Below the pieces are notes generated by a model. That model did no database searches and was not told where the DNA came from. It saw only the letters and a program-made list of their open reading frames with translations. 64,000 nucleotides of DNA from Gemmatimonadota bacterium (GTDB taxonomy: Bacteria; Gemmatimonadota; Gemmatimonadetes; Gemmatimonadales; GWC2-71-9): the NCBI GenBank assembly GCA_003222055.1, contig QHUT01000054.1:15022-79021 (forward strand), given 5' to 3'. Position numbers and translations under genes: made by a program. This document shows positions 51,903-61,477 of the stretch, piece after piece. Every line of letters begins with the position of its first letter. Positions within the stretch are counted from its first letter, which is position 1.

Positions 51903-53096
51903 TTGTTCTCGATGACCACGCTGCTCCTGGCGCAGGACTTCCCTCCGATGGGCGGCGGCATCGCCCGGTTGCATGGCGAGCTGGCCAAGCGGTTTCCTCG
52001 TGGCGACCTCGTCGTCTCCACGCCGGCGGATCCCGATGCGTCGGAGGTCGACGCGGGGTTTGCGGCCGCCGTCGATCGTCTCCCGATCGGCGTACGACGC
52101 ACCAAGACGCTGCCGGCCGTCCTCTTCTGGTCGCGGCGCGCGGCCAGCCTGGCGCGCCAGCATCGCGTCCGCTTCGTGCATTGTGGCAACGTGAAGCCGG
52201 CGGGGTATCCGGCCCGCTGGGTCCACGAGCGCCTGCACATTCCCTACGGGATCTTTTTCCACGGAGCCGACCTGCTCAGCGAGCAGCACAAGATCCGGCA
52301 CTCGCGCCTCAAACGCCGCACGGCCCGCATCATTTTCGGCGGGGCGGCGGTCTTGATGACCAACAGCGCCTGGACCCGCGACCTCGCGCTCTCGCTGCTC
52401 GGCGATTTGGGCCTCGACGGGCACGGCCGGCGGCTCCGCGTCGTGCACCTGGGCACGGACCCGACGTACTTCCGTCCCGGTGTCGATGCGCGCGCGCTGC
52501 GTGACAAGTTCGACCTCCCCGACAACGGCACCCGCTGGCTCGTGACCGTCGCCCGCCTGCAGCAGCACAAAGGCATGGACACGGTGATCGAGGCCCTGCC
52601 GGCCATCCTCGAGCGTGAGCCGGACGTGCGTTACGCGGTTGCCGGAACCGGTCCCGACCGCGAGCGGCTGGAGAAACGGGCACAGCAGCTGCGCCTCGGC
52701 GACCGCGTGCGCTTCCTGGGCGGCGTCGGCGATCGGGACCTGCCGGCGTTCTATAATCTCGCGTCCGTGTACGTCGGCGCGTCGCGGCGCGCCGAGCGGC
52801 TGGGCGTGGAGGGGTTCGGGATCTCGCTGGTGGAAGCCTCCGCGTGCGGGCTGCCGGTGGTAGCGGGCGACTCAGGCGGCGTGTCGGACGCCGTGCGCGA
52901 CGGCGAGACGGGCATTCTCGTGCCTCCCGAGGAGCCAGCGGCCATCGCCGACGCCATCTGCCGTCTGCTGGCGGACCCCGCGGCGGCCAAACGAATGGGA
53001 CAGAACGGCCGCCGGGCGGTGGAGACCTACTTCAACTGGGACCGCGTGGTGCGCGATCTCCGCGACATCGAATCCCAGGCCGTGTCCGGCGCTTGA
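51903..53096 (+). CDS. Glycosyltransferase family 4 (GT-B), tandem paralogue of 50720..51895
   Basis: LLLAQDFPPMGGGIARLHGELAKRFP...EGFGISLVEASACGLPVVAGDSGGVSDAV. Confidence 0.85.
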   Translation: MFSMTTLLLAQDFPPMGGGIARLHGELAKRFPRGDLVVSTPADPDASEVDAGFAAAVDRLPIGVRRTKTLPAVLFWSRRAASLARQHRVRFVHCGNVKPAGYPARWVHERLHIPYGIFFHGADLLSEQHKIRHSRLKRRTARIIFGGAAVLMTNSAWTRDLALSLLGDLGLDGHGRRLRVVHLGTDPTYFRPGVDARALRDKFDLPDNGTRWLVTVARLQQHKGMDTVIEALPAILEREPDVRYAVAGTGPDRERLEKRAQQLRLGDRVRFLGGVGDRDLPAFYNLASVYVGASRRAERLGVEGFGISLVEASACGLPVVAGDSGGVSDAVRDGETGILVPPEEPAAIADAICRLLADPAAAKRMGQNGRRAVETYFNWDRVVRDLRDIESQAVSGA

Positions 53097-53139
53097 GCCG
53101 TCCTGTGGTTCCCGGGCGTCCGGTCTGACGTCTGGTGCG

Positions 53140-54102
53140 ATGGACGACATCCGCTGGTTCGCTCCGGAAGGGTTCTTCGCGCTCGTGGTGCCGCGCCTGC
53201 GGCAGCGGGGCGTCGCGATCGCGCTGGATGGCGACCGGCCCGCGCGACTCGCGATCGCGATGGACGCGCGGGTCGCGGCGCGAGCGTACGCGTACGCGGC
53301 GCGGGCCCGGTGCCCACTGATCCATTACCTGTGGGATCTTCCGCCCTGGCGGTTGGGGCGAGGCCGACACGACTGGGTCTGGCACGTGTTCGGGCGGTAT
53401 CTGCGGGTCCCGCGTTTGGGACGGCGTTACGCGGAACGACCGGGGTACTACAGCCGGCTACGCTTCGTCGCGTCGCACGCCCGGGAGGTGTGGGTGCCGA
53501 GCGCGCAGACCGCCGCCAGCGTGCGGGAGCATTGGGGAATGCAATGCCGCCGGGTGCCGTTCTGCTTCGATTCGGATCGGTTCACCCCCGCGCCGGCGGC
53601 GCGGGCGCGCGGCCTGCTCAGCGTATCCCGTCTGACCGCTCACAAGGACCACGCCGCCGTGATTCGCGCCGCGGCGCGGTTCGTCCCCGAGCTGCCGGTG
53701 CGGATCGTGGGCAGCGGTCCCGAACGCGCCGGGCTCGAGCGGCTGGCGGCGGACCTCGGCGTGGCGTGCACGATCGAGTCCGGGCTGTCGGACGACGACA
53801 TGGTGATGGCCTACCGTAGGGCGGAGGTGGTGGTCTGCCCCAGTCGGTTCGAAGGCTTCGGGCTCACGCCGATGGAGGCCATCGCGTGTGGGAGGCCGGT
53901 GGTCGCGTCCGACATTCCGCCGCACCGGGAGTTTCTGGGGACGGCCCCCCACTTTTTCACAGTGGACGACGACGACAGTCTCGCGGCGGCCATCGCCGCA
54001 GCGCGCGCTGGCCCCGTCCCGACCGACGCGGTGTTGCGCCCGCTGCGCATCGAAGCGGCCGTGGAGCGCTTCAGCGCCGGGCTCGCGCCTTATCTCGGCT
54101 AA
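53140..54102 (+). CDS. Glycosyltransferase (GT-B, GT4-like)
   Basis: SVSRLTAHKDHAAVIRAAARF...PSRFEGFGLTPMEAIACGRPVVASDIPPHREF. Confidence 0.75.
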   Translation: MDDIRWFAPEGFFALVVPRLRQRGVAIALDGDRPARLAIAMDARVAARAYAYAARARCPLIHYLWDLPPWRLGRGRHDWVWHVFGRYLRVPRLGRRYAERPGYYSRLRFVASHAREVWVPSAQTAASVREHWGMQCRRVPFCFDSDRFTPAPAARARGLLSVSRLTAHKDHAAVIRAAARFVPELPVRIVGSGPERAGLERLAADLGVACTIESGLSDDDMVMAYRRAEVVVCPSRFEGFGLTPMEAIACGRPVVASDIPPHREFLGTAPHFFTVDDDDSLAAAIAAARAGPVPTDAVLRPLRIEAAVERFSAGLAPYLG

Positions 54103-55181
54103 CCCGCAGCGTCAGCGGCCTTGGGCGCGGCCGCGGGGCGCGCGCTGATCGCGTACGTGGGACAATGCCGGATGAACTCGCCGTCGATGGGCGACCATTC
54201 CTGTTCGGGTCGCGTGACGACCGCCTTGCCTTGCGCGTCGAGCACGAACATCCCCGGGGGTGCCTGCACCAGGCACGCCCCGCACCCGATGCAGCGTTCC
54301 CGCTGGACCCGGATGGTCACGGCGCGGCGCGGATAGACGCCCGCGTCCCCCGGGGCCGGCCACTCGGCCGGGCGATCGAGCCCGGCAACGGTGGCGCGAT
54401 ATCCTTCCTCGACGATCTCGCGCAAATGGTCGAAGTCGAAGGCCGAAATGTGCTCGACGCGCGGGTGGATGTAATAGATCGGCGGCGTGGTCCACTCGCG
54501 CATTCGCAACTCGAGCAGCGATTGCATCGCGATCTCCGTGGCGCGCGCGAACACCGCCGAGAAGCCGTCCTCCTGTGTGTCCGCGCGAAACGCGTTCGAC
54601 GCGGACACGTCGATCGCGAGGATCACGTCGGCGCCCAGGATGCGTGCCGTGCCGACCGGAAGGTTGTCCACGGTGGCGCCGTCCACGTAGAAGCGCCCCC
54701 GGATCTCGCGCGGCGGCAAAAAGCCGGGAATGGCGCACGAGGCGAACACGGCGTCTTTCACCGGCGCCTCGTCCAGCCCCTCGAGCCCCCAGAAGACCTG
54801 CATCCCCGAGTTCACGTCCACGGTGTTCACGATGAGCGGAAGGTGCAGGTCTTGGAAGGTGGCGTCGCCGACGAGGCGGTGGATCAGGAGGTCGAGGGGC
54901 TCGCGCCGGAACAGCGCGGGGGAGCGCATTCGCTTGAAAGCCATGTCGGCGTGGGCGACCACGAACACGTCCTTGCGGCGCAGCTTGACCGCGACATCGC
55001 GCAGCTCGGCGATGCTCCGCCCCGCGGACCAGGCGGCGCCCACCAACGCGCCCACGCTCGAGCCGACGATCTGCGCCGGCACGAGACCGCGCTCGGTGAG
55101 CGCCTGCAGCACGCCGATGTGGGCGACGCCCTTCATGCCGCCGCCGCCCAACACGAGGGTGAATCGCGTTTGGCTGTCCAC
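54099..55181 (-). CDS. Patatin-like phospholipase with a C-terminal single-cluster ferredoxin-like domain
   Basis: LVLGGGGMKGVAHIGVLQAL (GxGxxG), VGSSVGALVG (GxSxG) and a DGA/DGG-type Asp region. The C-terminus is RCIGCGACLVQAP...RHCPTYAI (CxxCxxC...CP). Confidence 0.75.
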   Translation of the reverse strand: MDSQTRFTLVLGGGGMKGVAHIGVLQALTERGLVPAQIVGSSVGALVGAAWSAGRSIAELRDVAVKLRRKDVFVVAHADMAFKRMRSPALFRREPLDLLIHRLVGDATFQDLHLPLIVNTVDVNSGMQVFWGLEGLDEAPVKDAVFASCAIPGFLPPREIRGRFYVDGATVDNLPVGTARILGADVILAIDVSASNAFRADTQEDGFSAVFARATEIAMQSLLELRMREWTTPPIYYIHPRVEHISAFDFDHLREIVEEGYRATVAGLDRPAEWPAPGDAGVYPRRAVTIRVQRERCIGCGACLVQAPPGMFVLDAQGKAVVTRPEQEWSPIDGEFIRHCPTYAISARPAAAPKAADAAG

Positions 55182-55228
55182 GTGAACCCGCCGCTTGCCC
55201 GGAAGGTGAGCCTCCGAGTAACGTAGTC

Positions 55229-56068
55229 GTGATCCCCAGCCCCGCGCTACTCATGTACCACCGCGTCGTGCGCAGTCGTTGGACTCTGACCGGTCTCGCC
55301 GTCGTCGTCGCACTCGCGCTCGCTGCGCTGGCGGCGCCGCTCATCGCGCCGGGCGATCCCTATCACGGACACCTCGCCGCCGCGTTGCAGGCGCCGTCGC
55401 GCGCCTTCCCGCTCGGCACCGACGCGCAGGGACGCGACGTCCTGAGCCGGCTGCTGTTCGGCGCCCGGTTGTCGCTCGCCGTCGGGCTCGCGAGCCAGGT
55501 GATCGCCCTCGCGGTCGGGCTCACGCTGGGTCTGGCGGCGGGCTTCTACGGGCGCTCCGTGGACGCGGTGGTGATGCGCGCCGCCGATGTGACCCTCGCC
55601 TTCCCGTCCCTCCTCCTGCTCATCGCCGTCGCCGCCGCCGTGAAGCCCACGCTGCCGGTCGTGTGCGTGGTGATCGGCATCGTGGGCTGGGCGGGCATGG
55701 CCCGCCTGGTGCGCGCCCAGGTCCTCGTGGTGCGTCGTCTCGACTACGTCCACGCGGCGCGCGCGTTCGGCGCCTCCGACGCACGCCTCGCCGCGCGCCA
55801 CGTGCTCCCCAACGTGCTGGGCCCGGTGATCGTCGCCGCCACCCTCGGTGTCGGTGGTGCGATCATGGCCGAAGCCGCGCTCTCGTTCGTGGGGCTGGGC
55901 GCGCCACCGCCCACGCCCTCGTGGGGCGCGATGGTGGCCGAGGGCCGCGACCTGCTGCGGGTGGCGCCGTGGGTGTCGCTCTTTCCCGGGCTCGCGATCG
56001 GCCTGACTGTGCTAGCCGTCAATCTCATCGGCGACGGCTTACGTGACGCCCTGGATGTGCGGGCATGA
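55229..56068 (+). CDS. ABC peptide/nickel transporter permease (DppC/OppC-like)
   Basis: LAAPLIAPGDPY...GTDAQGRDVLSRLLFGARLSL...YVHAARAFGAS. Confidence 0.85.
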   Translation: MIPSPALLMYHRVVRSRWTLTGLAVVVALALAALAAPLIAPGDPYHGHLAAALQAPSRAFPLGTDAQGRDVLSRLLFGARLSLAVGLASQVIALAVGLTLGLAAGFYGRSVDAVVMRAADVTLAFPSLLLLIAVAAAVKPTLPVVCVVIGIVGWAGMARLVRAQVLVVRRLDYVHAARAFGASDARLAARHVLPNVLGPVIVAATLGVGGAIMAEAALSFVGLGAPPPTPSWGAMVAEGRDLLRVAPWVSLFPGLAIGLTVLAVNLIGDGLRDALDVRA

Positions 56069-57252
56069 CCGACATCGCCTACCACCCGACGCGCCTGCGC
56101 GCCTTGCGCGACCAGTTCCGCGCGCTGCGCGCCGCCGAGTTTCCCTGGACCGCGGACACCGTCTATTTGAACAACGCGTCCATCGGGCCCATCCCGGAGC
56201 GCACCCGCCGCGTACTCGACGAGTTCACCGCCAAGCGCACCGCCCCACACCTCCTCCCGGACCGCGAGCTGCAGGCGGGGCTGCAGGCGGCGCGCGCGGC
56301 GGTCGCCCGCCTGCTCAACGCGGAGCCGGCCGAGATCGCGCTCGCCACCAACACCAGTCACGGGCTGAACCTCGCGGCGCGCGCCCTGCCGCTCAAGCGC
56401 CGCGACGTGGTGCTCGTGTCCGATCGCGAGTTCCCTGCCAACGTGTACCCGTGGCTGCTGCTCAAGAAGCAGGGGATCGAAGTGGAGCTCGCTCCGTGCG
56501 CCGGCGAAGGCTGGCCCGACGAGGACTATCTGGTCGAGCGTCTGCATGACCCGCGCGTGCGCGTGCTCGCCGTCTCGTTCGTCCAGTTCGCCAACGGGTA
56601 CCGCGCAGACCTGGGGCGCCTCGGGGCCGCCTGCCGTGCCAACGGGACGTTTCTCGTGGTGGATGGGATTCAGGGCGTAGGAAACTCGACCCTCGACGTG
56701 CGCGAGACCCCCGTGGACATCCTCGCGTGCGGCGGCCAGAAGTGGCTGCTCTCCCCCTGGGGCTCGGGCTTCGTGTACGTGCGGCGCGAGCTCATCTCGG
56801 CGCTCGAGCCCGCCGTCACCGGCTGGATGGCGTTCGAAGGGACCGACGACTTCTCCCGCCTCACCGAGTACAACCCCACCTTCCGCGCCGACGCCCGCCG
56901 CTTCGAAATGGTCACCCTGCCGTTCCAGGACTTCCACGGCATGACGACATCAGTCGGCATGCTCGCCGAGCTGGGCGTCGACGACATCGCGCAGTACGCC
57001 CGTACACTGCACGAGCCGGTGCTCCACTGGGCCGAGGAGAACGGCATCCGCGTCGTCTCACCCTCGGACGATGCGCACCGCTCGGCCATCGTCTGCCTCG
57101 CACCCCAGCATCCCGCCGAGGCGTATCACGCGCTCAAGCGCGCGCACGTCGTCTGCTCGTTGCGCGAGGGCGCCATCCGCCTGGCTCCGCATTGCTACAA
57201 CACCGTCGAAGAGATGGAGCGGGTGGTCGACGTACTCGACCAGTTAGAGTAA
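56065..57252 (+). CDS. Class V aminotransferase-fold PLP enzyme (cysteine desulfurase/selenocysteine lyase-like)
   Basis: VYLNNASIGPIPERT...TNTSHGLN...DGIQGVG...GGQKWLLSPWGSGF. 4-nt overlap with the dppC-like stop. Confidence 0.8.
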   Translation: MTDIAYHPTRLRALRDQFRALRAAEFPWTADTVYLNNASIGPIPERTRRVLDEFTAKRTAPHLLPDRELQAGLQAARAAVARLLNAEPAEIALATNTSHGLNLAARALPLKRRDVVLVSDREFPANVYPWLLLKKQGIEVELAPCAGEGWPDEDYLVERLHDPRVRVLAVSFVQFANGYRADLGRLGAACRANGTFLVVDGIQGVGNSTLDVRETPVDILACGGQKWLLSPWGSGFVYVRRELISALEPAVTGWMAFEGTDDFSRLTEYNPTFRADARRFEMVTLPFQDFHGMTTSVGMLAELGVDDIAQYARTLHEPVLHWAEENGIRVVSPSDDAHRSAIVCLAPQHPAEAYHALKRAHVVCSLREGAIRLAPHCYNTVEEMERVVDVLDQLE

Positions 57253-57259
57253 AGCGTTA

Positions 57260-57330
57260 CACGACGCCACGACGCCACGACGCCACGTTGCGAGAGCCTC
57301 TTTCGTGGAACGTGGCGTCCTGCCGTCATG
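57260..57330. repeat. Octamer-array palindromic element, family B, copy B2 (between convergent genes)
   Basis: (CACGACGC)x3 + CACGTT at 57260..57289, with partner AACGTGGCGTCCTGCCGTCATG at 57309..57330 (19 of 22 complementary). The loop starts GCGAG and ends TCGTGG, like B1. Confidence 0.9.
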
Positions 57331-57982
57331 CAACGCTCTCTCGGTGCTTATCCCCCCACCACGCCCACGCCACAAACAGCCACCCGAAGATGATACCGCC
57401 GATGGCGAGCGCGACGCGCGTCGTCGGCGGTGGCGGACTGAACAGCGAGCCGACGTACGACAGCAGCAGCACCGCGACGAGCGCCCAGAATCCGTAGCTC
57501 CCCGCGCGGTCGCGGGCTCGCGTGGCGGTGGCGTAGAGCCAGACGCCCGCGACGAACATCACTCCCTCGACGACCACCGTGCCGGCGACGGAGTTCCAGA
57601 GACCGAGCCCCAGCGGCGTGCCGCCCGGGTACAGCGGCATGTCGGGGCGATGGGTGACGTAGTCGAGCACCCAGTGGCTCACGACGAGGAGCGCGATCAC
57701 GACCCCTCCGCGGTCGTCCAGCGTGCGCGCGCGGTACACCAACCCGAACAGCGCGCCCCATCCGATCAGGGTGACGAGGCTGTGCGAGATCGGGATCGAG
57801 TCGAGCCACAGCGTCAGGAACGGATTCGGCCCCGGCACGACGTGGGCCTGCTCCCAGCCGAGCAGCAGGAACACCGGCCACAGCAGATCGGCGAGCGACG
57901 TGGCGGCGAACAGCGTGCCCAGCGAGGCTCGCGGCGCGGCACGCTTCGCGGCCAGGGCGACGGCGTAGTGGCCGATGAACAT
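57326..57982 (-). CDS. Integral membrane protein (putative membrane-bound metal-dependent hydrolase-like)
   Basis: MFIGHYAVALAAK... with about six hydrophobic segments and conserved His residues. The family is uncertain. The last codons lie in repeat B2. Confidence 0.5.
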   Translation of the reverse strand: MFIGHYAVALAAKRAAPRASLGTLFAATSLADLLWPVFLLLGWEQAHVVPGPNPFLTLWLDSIPISHSLVTLIGWGALFGLVYRARTLDDRGGVVIALLVVSHWVLDYVTHRPDMPLYPGGTPLGLGLWNSVAGTVVVEGVMFVAGVWLYATATRARDRAGSYGFWALVAVLLLSYVGSLFSPPPPTTRVALAIGGIIFGWLFVAWAWWGDKHRESVA

Positions 57983-57984
57983 GT

Positions 57985-59247
57985 CTAGCGCGCCCGCCGC
58001 AGCAATCCGTAATCCTTCTTTCCCTTGCGCAGCAGCAGGTTGCCGCCTCGGAGCCAGTCCGCGGGGCCGAGCGTGCGGGCCGCGTCTTTCACGCGCTCCT
58101 GGTTCACGTAGATCCCGCCCTGCTCGATCGCACGCCGCGCTTCGCTCTTCGACTTCGCCAGGCCTGCCTGGATGACGGCGTCGACGAGCGTCAGCCCGTC
58201 GGGGCTCTCCAGCGCCACCGTGGGGATCTCCTGCGCGAGCGCGTCGAATGCGCTCGGTTCCACCTCGCGCGGGCTGAATTCGTCGAACAGGATCGCGCTT
58301 GCGGCGACGGCGCTGTAACGGGCCTGCTCACCGTGCACGAGCTGGGTGACCTCGATCGCGAGCCTCTTCTGCGCCTGGCGTCGGCTCGCGTCCTGGTGAT
58401 GCATCTTGAGCAAGGCCTTGATGTCGTCCTGCGGGAGCAGCGTAAACACCTTCAGATACCGCTCCACGTCCCGGTCGTCCGTGTTGATCCAGAACTGGTA
58501 GAACTGGTACGGGGAGGTGAGGGTCGGGTCGAGCCAGATGGCTCCGGCTTCGCTCTTGCCGAACTTGGCGCCCGAGGCGGTCGTGACGAGCGGCCCGACG
58601 AGCCCGTGCGCGTCGCCGCCCTCGACGCGCCGGATCAGGTCGATGCCCGCGGTGATGTTGCCCCACTGATCGCTCCCGCCCACCTGGATGCTGCACTGCT
58701 TGTTGCGGAACAGATGGAGGAAGTCGTAAGCCTGCAGCAACATGTAGCTGAATTCGGTGTAGGAGATGCCACTCTCGAGCCGCGCCTGGACCGATTCCTT
58801 CTGCAGCATGACGTTGACCGTGAAATGCTTCCCGATGTCGCGCAGGAAGTCCACCAGGCGTTGCTCGACGAGCCACTCGGCGTTGTTCAAGACCAGAGCC
58901 TGCGCCGGCCCGGGATCGAAGTCGAGCAGTCGCGCCATCTGGTCGCGCTGGCGGTGCACATGCTCGCGTGCTTGTTCCTTCGAGAGCAGCGGGCGCTCAC
59001 CGGGTTTGCCGCTCGGATCCCCGATCAGGCCGGTGCCGCCGCCCATGAGCGCGATCGGCCGGTGGCCGGCCAGCTGGAAATGTCGCAGCAGCATGACCGG
59101 CATGAGATTGCCGAGCTGCAGGCTCGGGGCCGTGGGGTCGAACCCGCAGTACACGGTGCGGCGGCCGCCCGCGAGGTGTGCGTGCAGCTCGCGCGTGGCG
59201 TGATGCACGAGGCCCCGCCACTCGAGCTCGGCAAGGAGGTCCGGCAT
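57985..59247 (-). CDS. tyrS: Tyrosine--tRNA ligase
   Basis: VYCGFDPTAPSLQLGNLM (HIGH region), KFGKSEAG (KMSKS) and a C-terminal S4-like domain. The start is ATG 59247, inside track ORF 57985..59334. Confidence 0.92.
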   Translation of the reverse strand: MPDLLAELEWRGLVHHATRELHAHLAGGRRTVYCGFDPTAPSLQLGNLMPVMLLRHFQLAGHRPIALMGGGTGLIGDPSGKPGERPLLSKEQAREHVHRQRDQMARLLDFDPGPAQALVLNNAEWLVEQRLVDFLRDIGKHFTVNVMLQKESVQARLESGISYTEFSYMLLQAYDFLHLFRNKQCSIQVGGSDQWGNITAGIDLIRRVEGGDAHGLVGPLVTTASGAKFGKSEAGAIWLDPTLTSPYQFYQFWINTDDRDVERYLKVFTLLPQDDIKALLKMHHQDASRRQAQKRLAIEVTQLVHGEQARYSAVAASAILFDEFSPREVEPSAFDALAQEIPTVALESPDGLTLVDAVIQAGLAKSKSEARRAIEQGGIYVNQERVKDAARTLGPADWLRGGNLLLRKGKKDYGLLRRAR

Positions 59248-59315
59248 GGCGCGGAATCGTACGAGAACCCCCAACCGCTGGCAAGCGCCCGGCGACCTCA
59301 CTAGGTTGTAATCCG

Positions 59316-61475
59316 ATGGCGTCCATCCCTGCACCCGTCACTCTGCCCGGACCGCTCTCCTGGTGGCACAATCCGAAGACGCGTCGCCGCGTGATCGCGG
59401 CCGCGGTGCTCGCCGCCGCCTACGGCGTGGGATTGACGTATGGCGCGTGGACCCGCGTGTGCGCCGGGGAGCACTGCCCCAGCATCTCGCGGCTGGTGGC
59501 AAATCCCAACCATCAGGTGCAGACCTCCAAGGTGTACGCCGCCGACGGACGCTTGATCAGCGAGCTCGGTGCCGAGCGGCGCACGGTGCTGCCGCTCAGC
59601 GCCATTCCCGTGTCGGTGCGCCAGGCGTTCATCGCCACCGAAGACAAGCGCTTCTACGAGCATCACGGGATCGACTTCTTACGCATCCTCGGCGCTATCA
59701 AAGCCAACGTGTTTTCGCTCGGGTTCGCGCAGGGCTTCTCGACCATCACGATGCAGCTGGCCCGCAACATCTTTCCCGACGACATCAGCCGCGAGAAGAC
59801 GCTCACGCGCAAGCTCAAGGAAGCCCGCGTCGCCGTGGAGATCGAGCGCAACTTCGTCAAGGACACGATCCTGCAGCTCTACCTGAACCAGATCAACCTG
59901 GGGGCTGGGGCGCACGGGGTGGAGGCCGCGGCGCTGATCTACTTCGGCAAGTCGGCGCGCCAGCTCAATGTCGCGGAGGCCGCGATGCTGGCCGCGCTTC
60001 CCAAGCTGCCCGCGTTCTACAATCCGCGCACCCACCCCGACCGCGCCGTCCGCCGTCGCAACGTCGTGCTGGGTCTCATGCGCGACCAGGGTTTCCTCAC
60101 GCCGGAGGAGTGCGAGCTGTGGCGCTCCTACCCCCTCGTGCTCACCGGGAACCGCACCAACTACGGCGACGTGGCGCCGTATTTCGTCGAATGGCTGCGC
60201 GTGCAGATGGACGCGAAGTTCGGGCGCGATCTGTACGAGGGTGGCCTGCGCATCTACACCACGCTCGATCTCGACATGCAGGAGGCGGCGGAACGCGCCC
60301 TGCAGTCCCAGCTCGACGCCATCGAAGCCGGCGTGTACTCGAATGGCAAGTTCCCCGGGCGCATCACCTACCGTGAATACCTCGAGTCGTCCAAGGCGTC
60401 CGGGCAGGACCACGGAGACTACACGCCCTACCTCCAGGGCGCGCTCGTATCGCTCGAGGCGAACACCGGCTACATCCGCGCCATGATCGGGGGCCGCGAC
60501 TTCGACGACTCGAAGTACAACCGCGCCACCCAGGCGGTCCGCCAGCCGGGCTCCACGTTCAAGCCGTTCGTCTATTCCGCGGCCGTCCGGGCCGGCCACC
60601 CCGTGACCGAGATGCTCGACGACTCGCCGCTCAACCCGCCGGTGATCCAGCTCGACTCCACGCTGTGGCAGCCGAAGGACGACGACGACACGACGCTGGG
60701 GATGATCCCGATGCGCGAGGCCCTCTATCTCTCGCGCAACCTCGCGACGATCAAGCTCGGCCAGACGCTGGGCGAGCAGACGGTCATCGGCGAAGCCCGC
60801 AACTACGGCATCACCACGCCGCTCCCCGCATATCCGTCCATCTTCATCGGGGCGAAGGGAGTCAAGCCCTACGAGATCATCGGCGCCTACACCGCGTTCG
60901 CCACGCTCGGCACGCGCGCCGAGCCCGTGGGCATCCTGCGCGTCGAAGACCGTCAGGGGAACATCCTGTGGCAGCCCGCCGTGCGCCGCGAGACCGTGAT
61001 GGACTCCTCGCACGCCTGGCTCATGGTCGACATGATGAAAGACGTGATCCGCCGCGGCACCGCGTTCACGGCCGTGTGGAAAGCCGGCTTCACCCTGCCG
61101 GCGGCCGGCAAGACCGGCACGACCGACGACTACACCGACGCCTGGTTCATCGGGTACACGCCCGAGCTCGTGACCGGGATCTGGGTCGGCTACGACATCC
61201 AGCAGCGGATCCTCGAGCACAACGCGGGCGGCGGCCGCATCGTCGCCCCCGCCTGGACCGCGTTCATGCGCGACGTGTACGACCGCCGGCCGGCGCCCCC
61301 GGACTGGGTACGCCCCGACTCGCTCGTGACGCGCGAGGTCGATTGGTCGAACGGCTATCTCGCCACGGCGTTCTGCCCGCAGGAAGTGCGGCACTGGGAC
61401 TGGTTCTATCCCGGCACTGAGCCGTCGCAGGCCTGCCCAGTACACCCGCCGTTCGGCACGGGGATCTCGCCGTGA
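59316..61475 (+). CDS. Penicillin-binding protein 1A (bifunctional glycosyltransferase/transpeptidase)
   Basis: GT51 motifs FIATEDKRFYEHHGID, GFSTITMQLARN and RKLKEARVA. Transpeptidase motifs QPGSTFKPFVY (SxxK) and KTGTTDD. The start is ATG 59316. Confidence 0.9.
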   Translation: MASIPAPVTLPGPLSWWHNPKTRRRVIAAAVLAAAYGVGLTYGAWTRVCAGEHCPSISRLVANPNHQVQTSKVYAADGRLISELGAERRTVLPLSAIPVSVRQAFIATEDKRFYEHHGIDFLRILGAIKANVFSLGFAQGFSTITMQLARNIFPDDISREKTLTRKLKEARVAVEIERNFVKDTILQLYLNQINLGAGAHGVEAAALIYFGKSARQLNVAEAAMLAALPKLPAFYNPRTHPDRAVRRRNVVLGLMRDQGFLTPEECELWRSYPLVLTGNRTNYGDVAPYFVEWLRVQMDAKFGRDLYEGGLRIYTTLDLDMQEAAERALQSQLDAIEAGVYSNGKFPGRITYREYLESSKASGQDHGDYTPYLQGALVSLEANTGYIRAMIGGRDFDDSKYNRATQAVRQPGSTFKPFVYSAAVRAGHPVTEMLDDSPLNPPVIQLDSTLWQPKDDDDTTLGMIPMREALYLSRNLATIKLGQTLGEQTVIGEARNYGITTPLPAYPSIFIGAKGVKPYEIIGAYTAFATLGTRAEPVGILRVEDRQGNILWQPAVRRETVMDSSHAWLMVDMMKDVIRRGTAFTAVWKAGFTLPAAGKTGTTDDYTDAWFIGYTPELVTGIWVGYDIQQRILEHNAGGGRIVAPAWTAFMRDVYDRRPAPPDWVRPDSLVTREVDWSNGYLATAFCPQEVRHWDWFYPGTEPSQACPVHPPFGTGISP

Positions 61476-61477
61476 GA

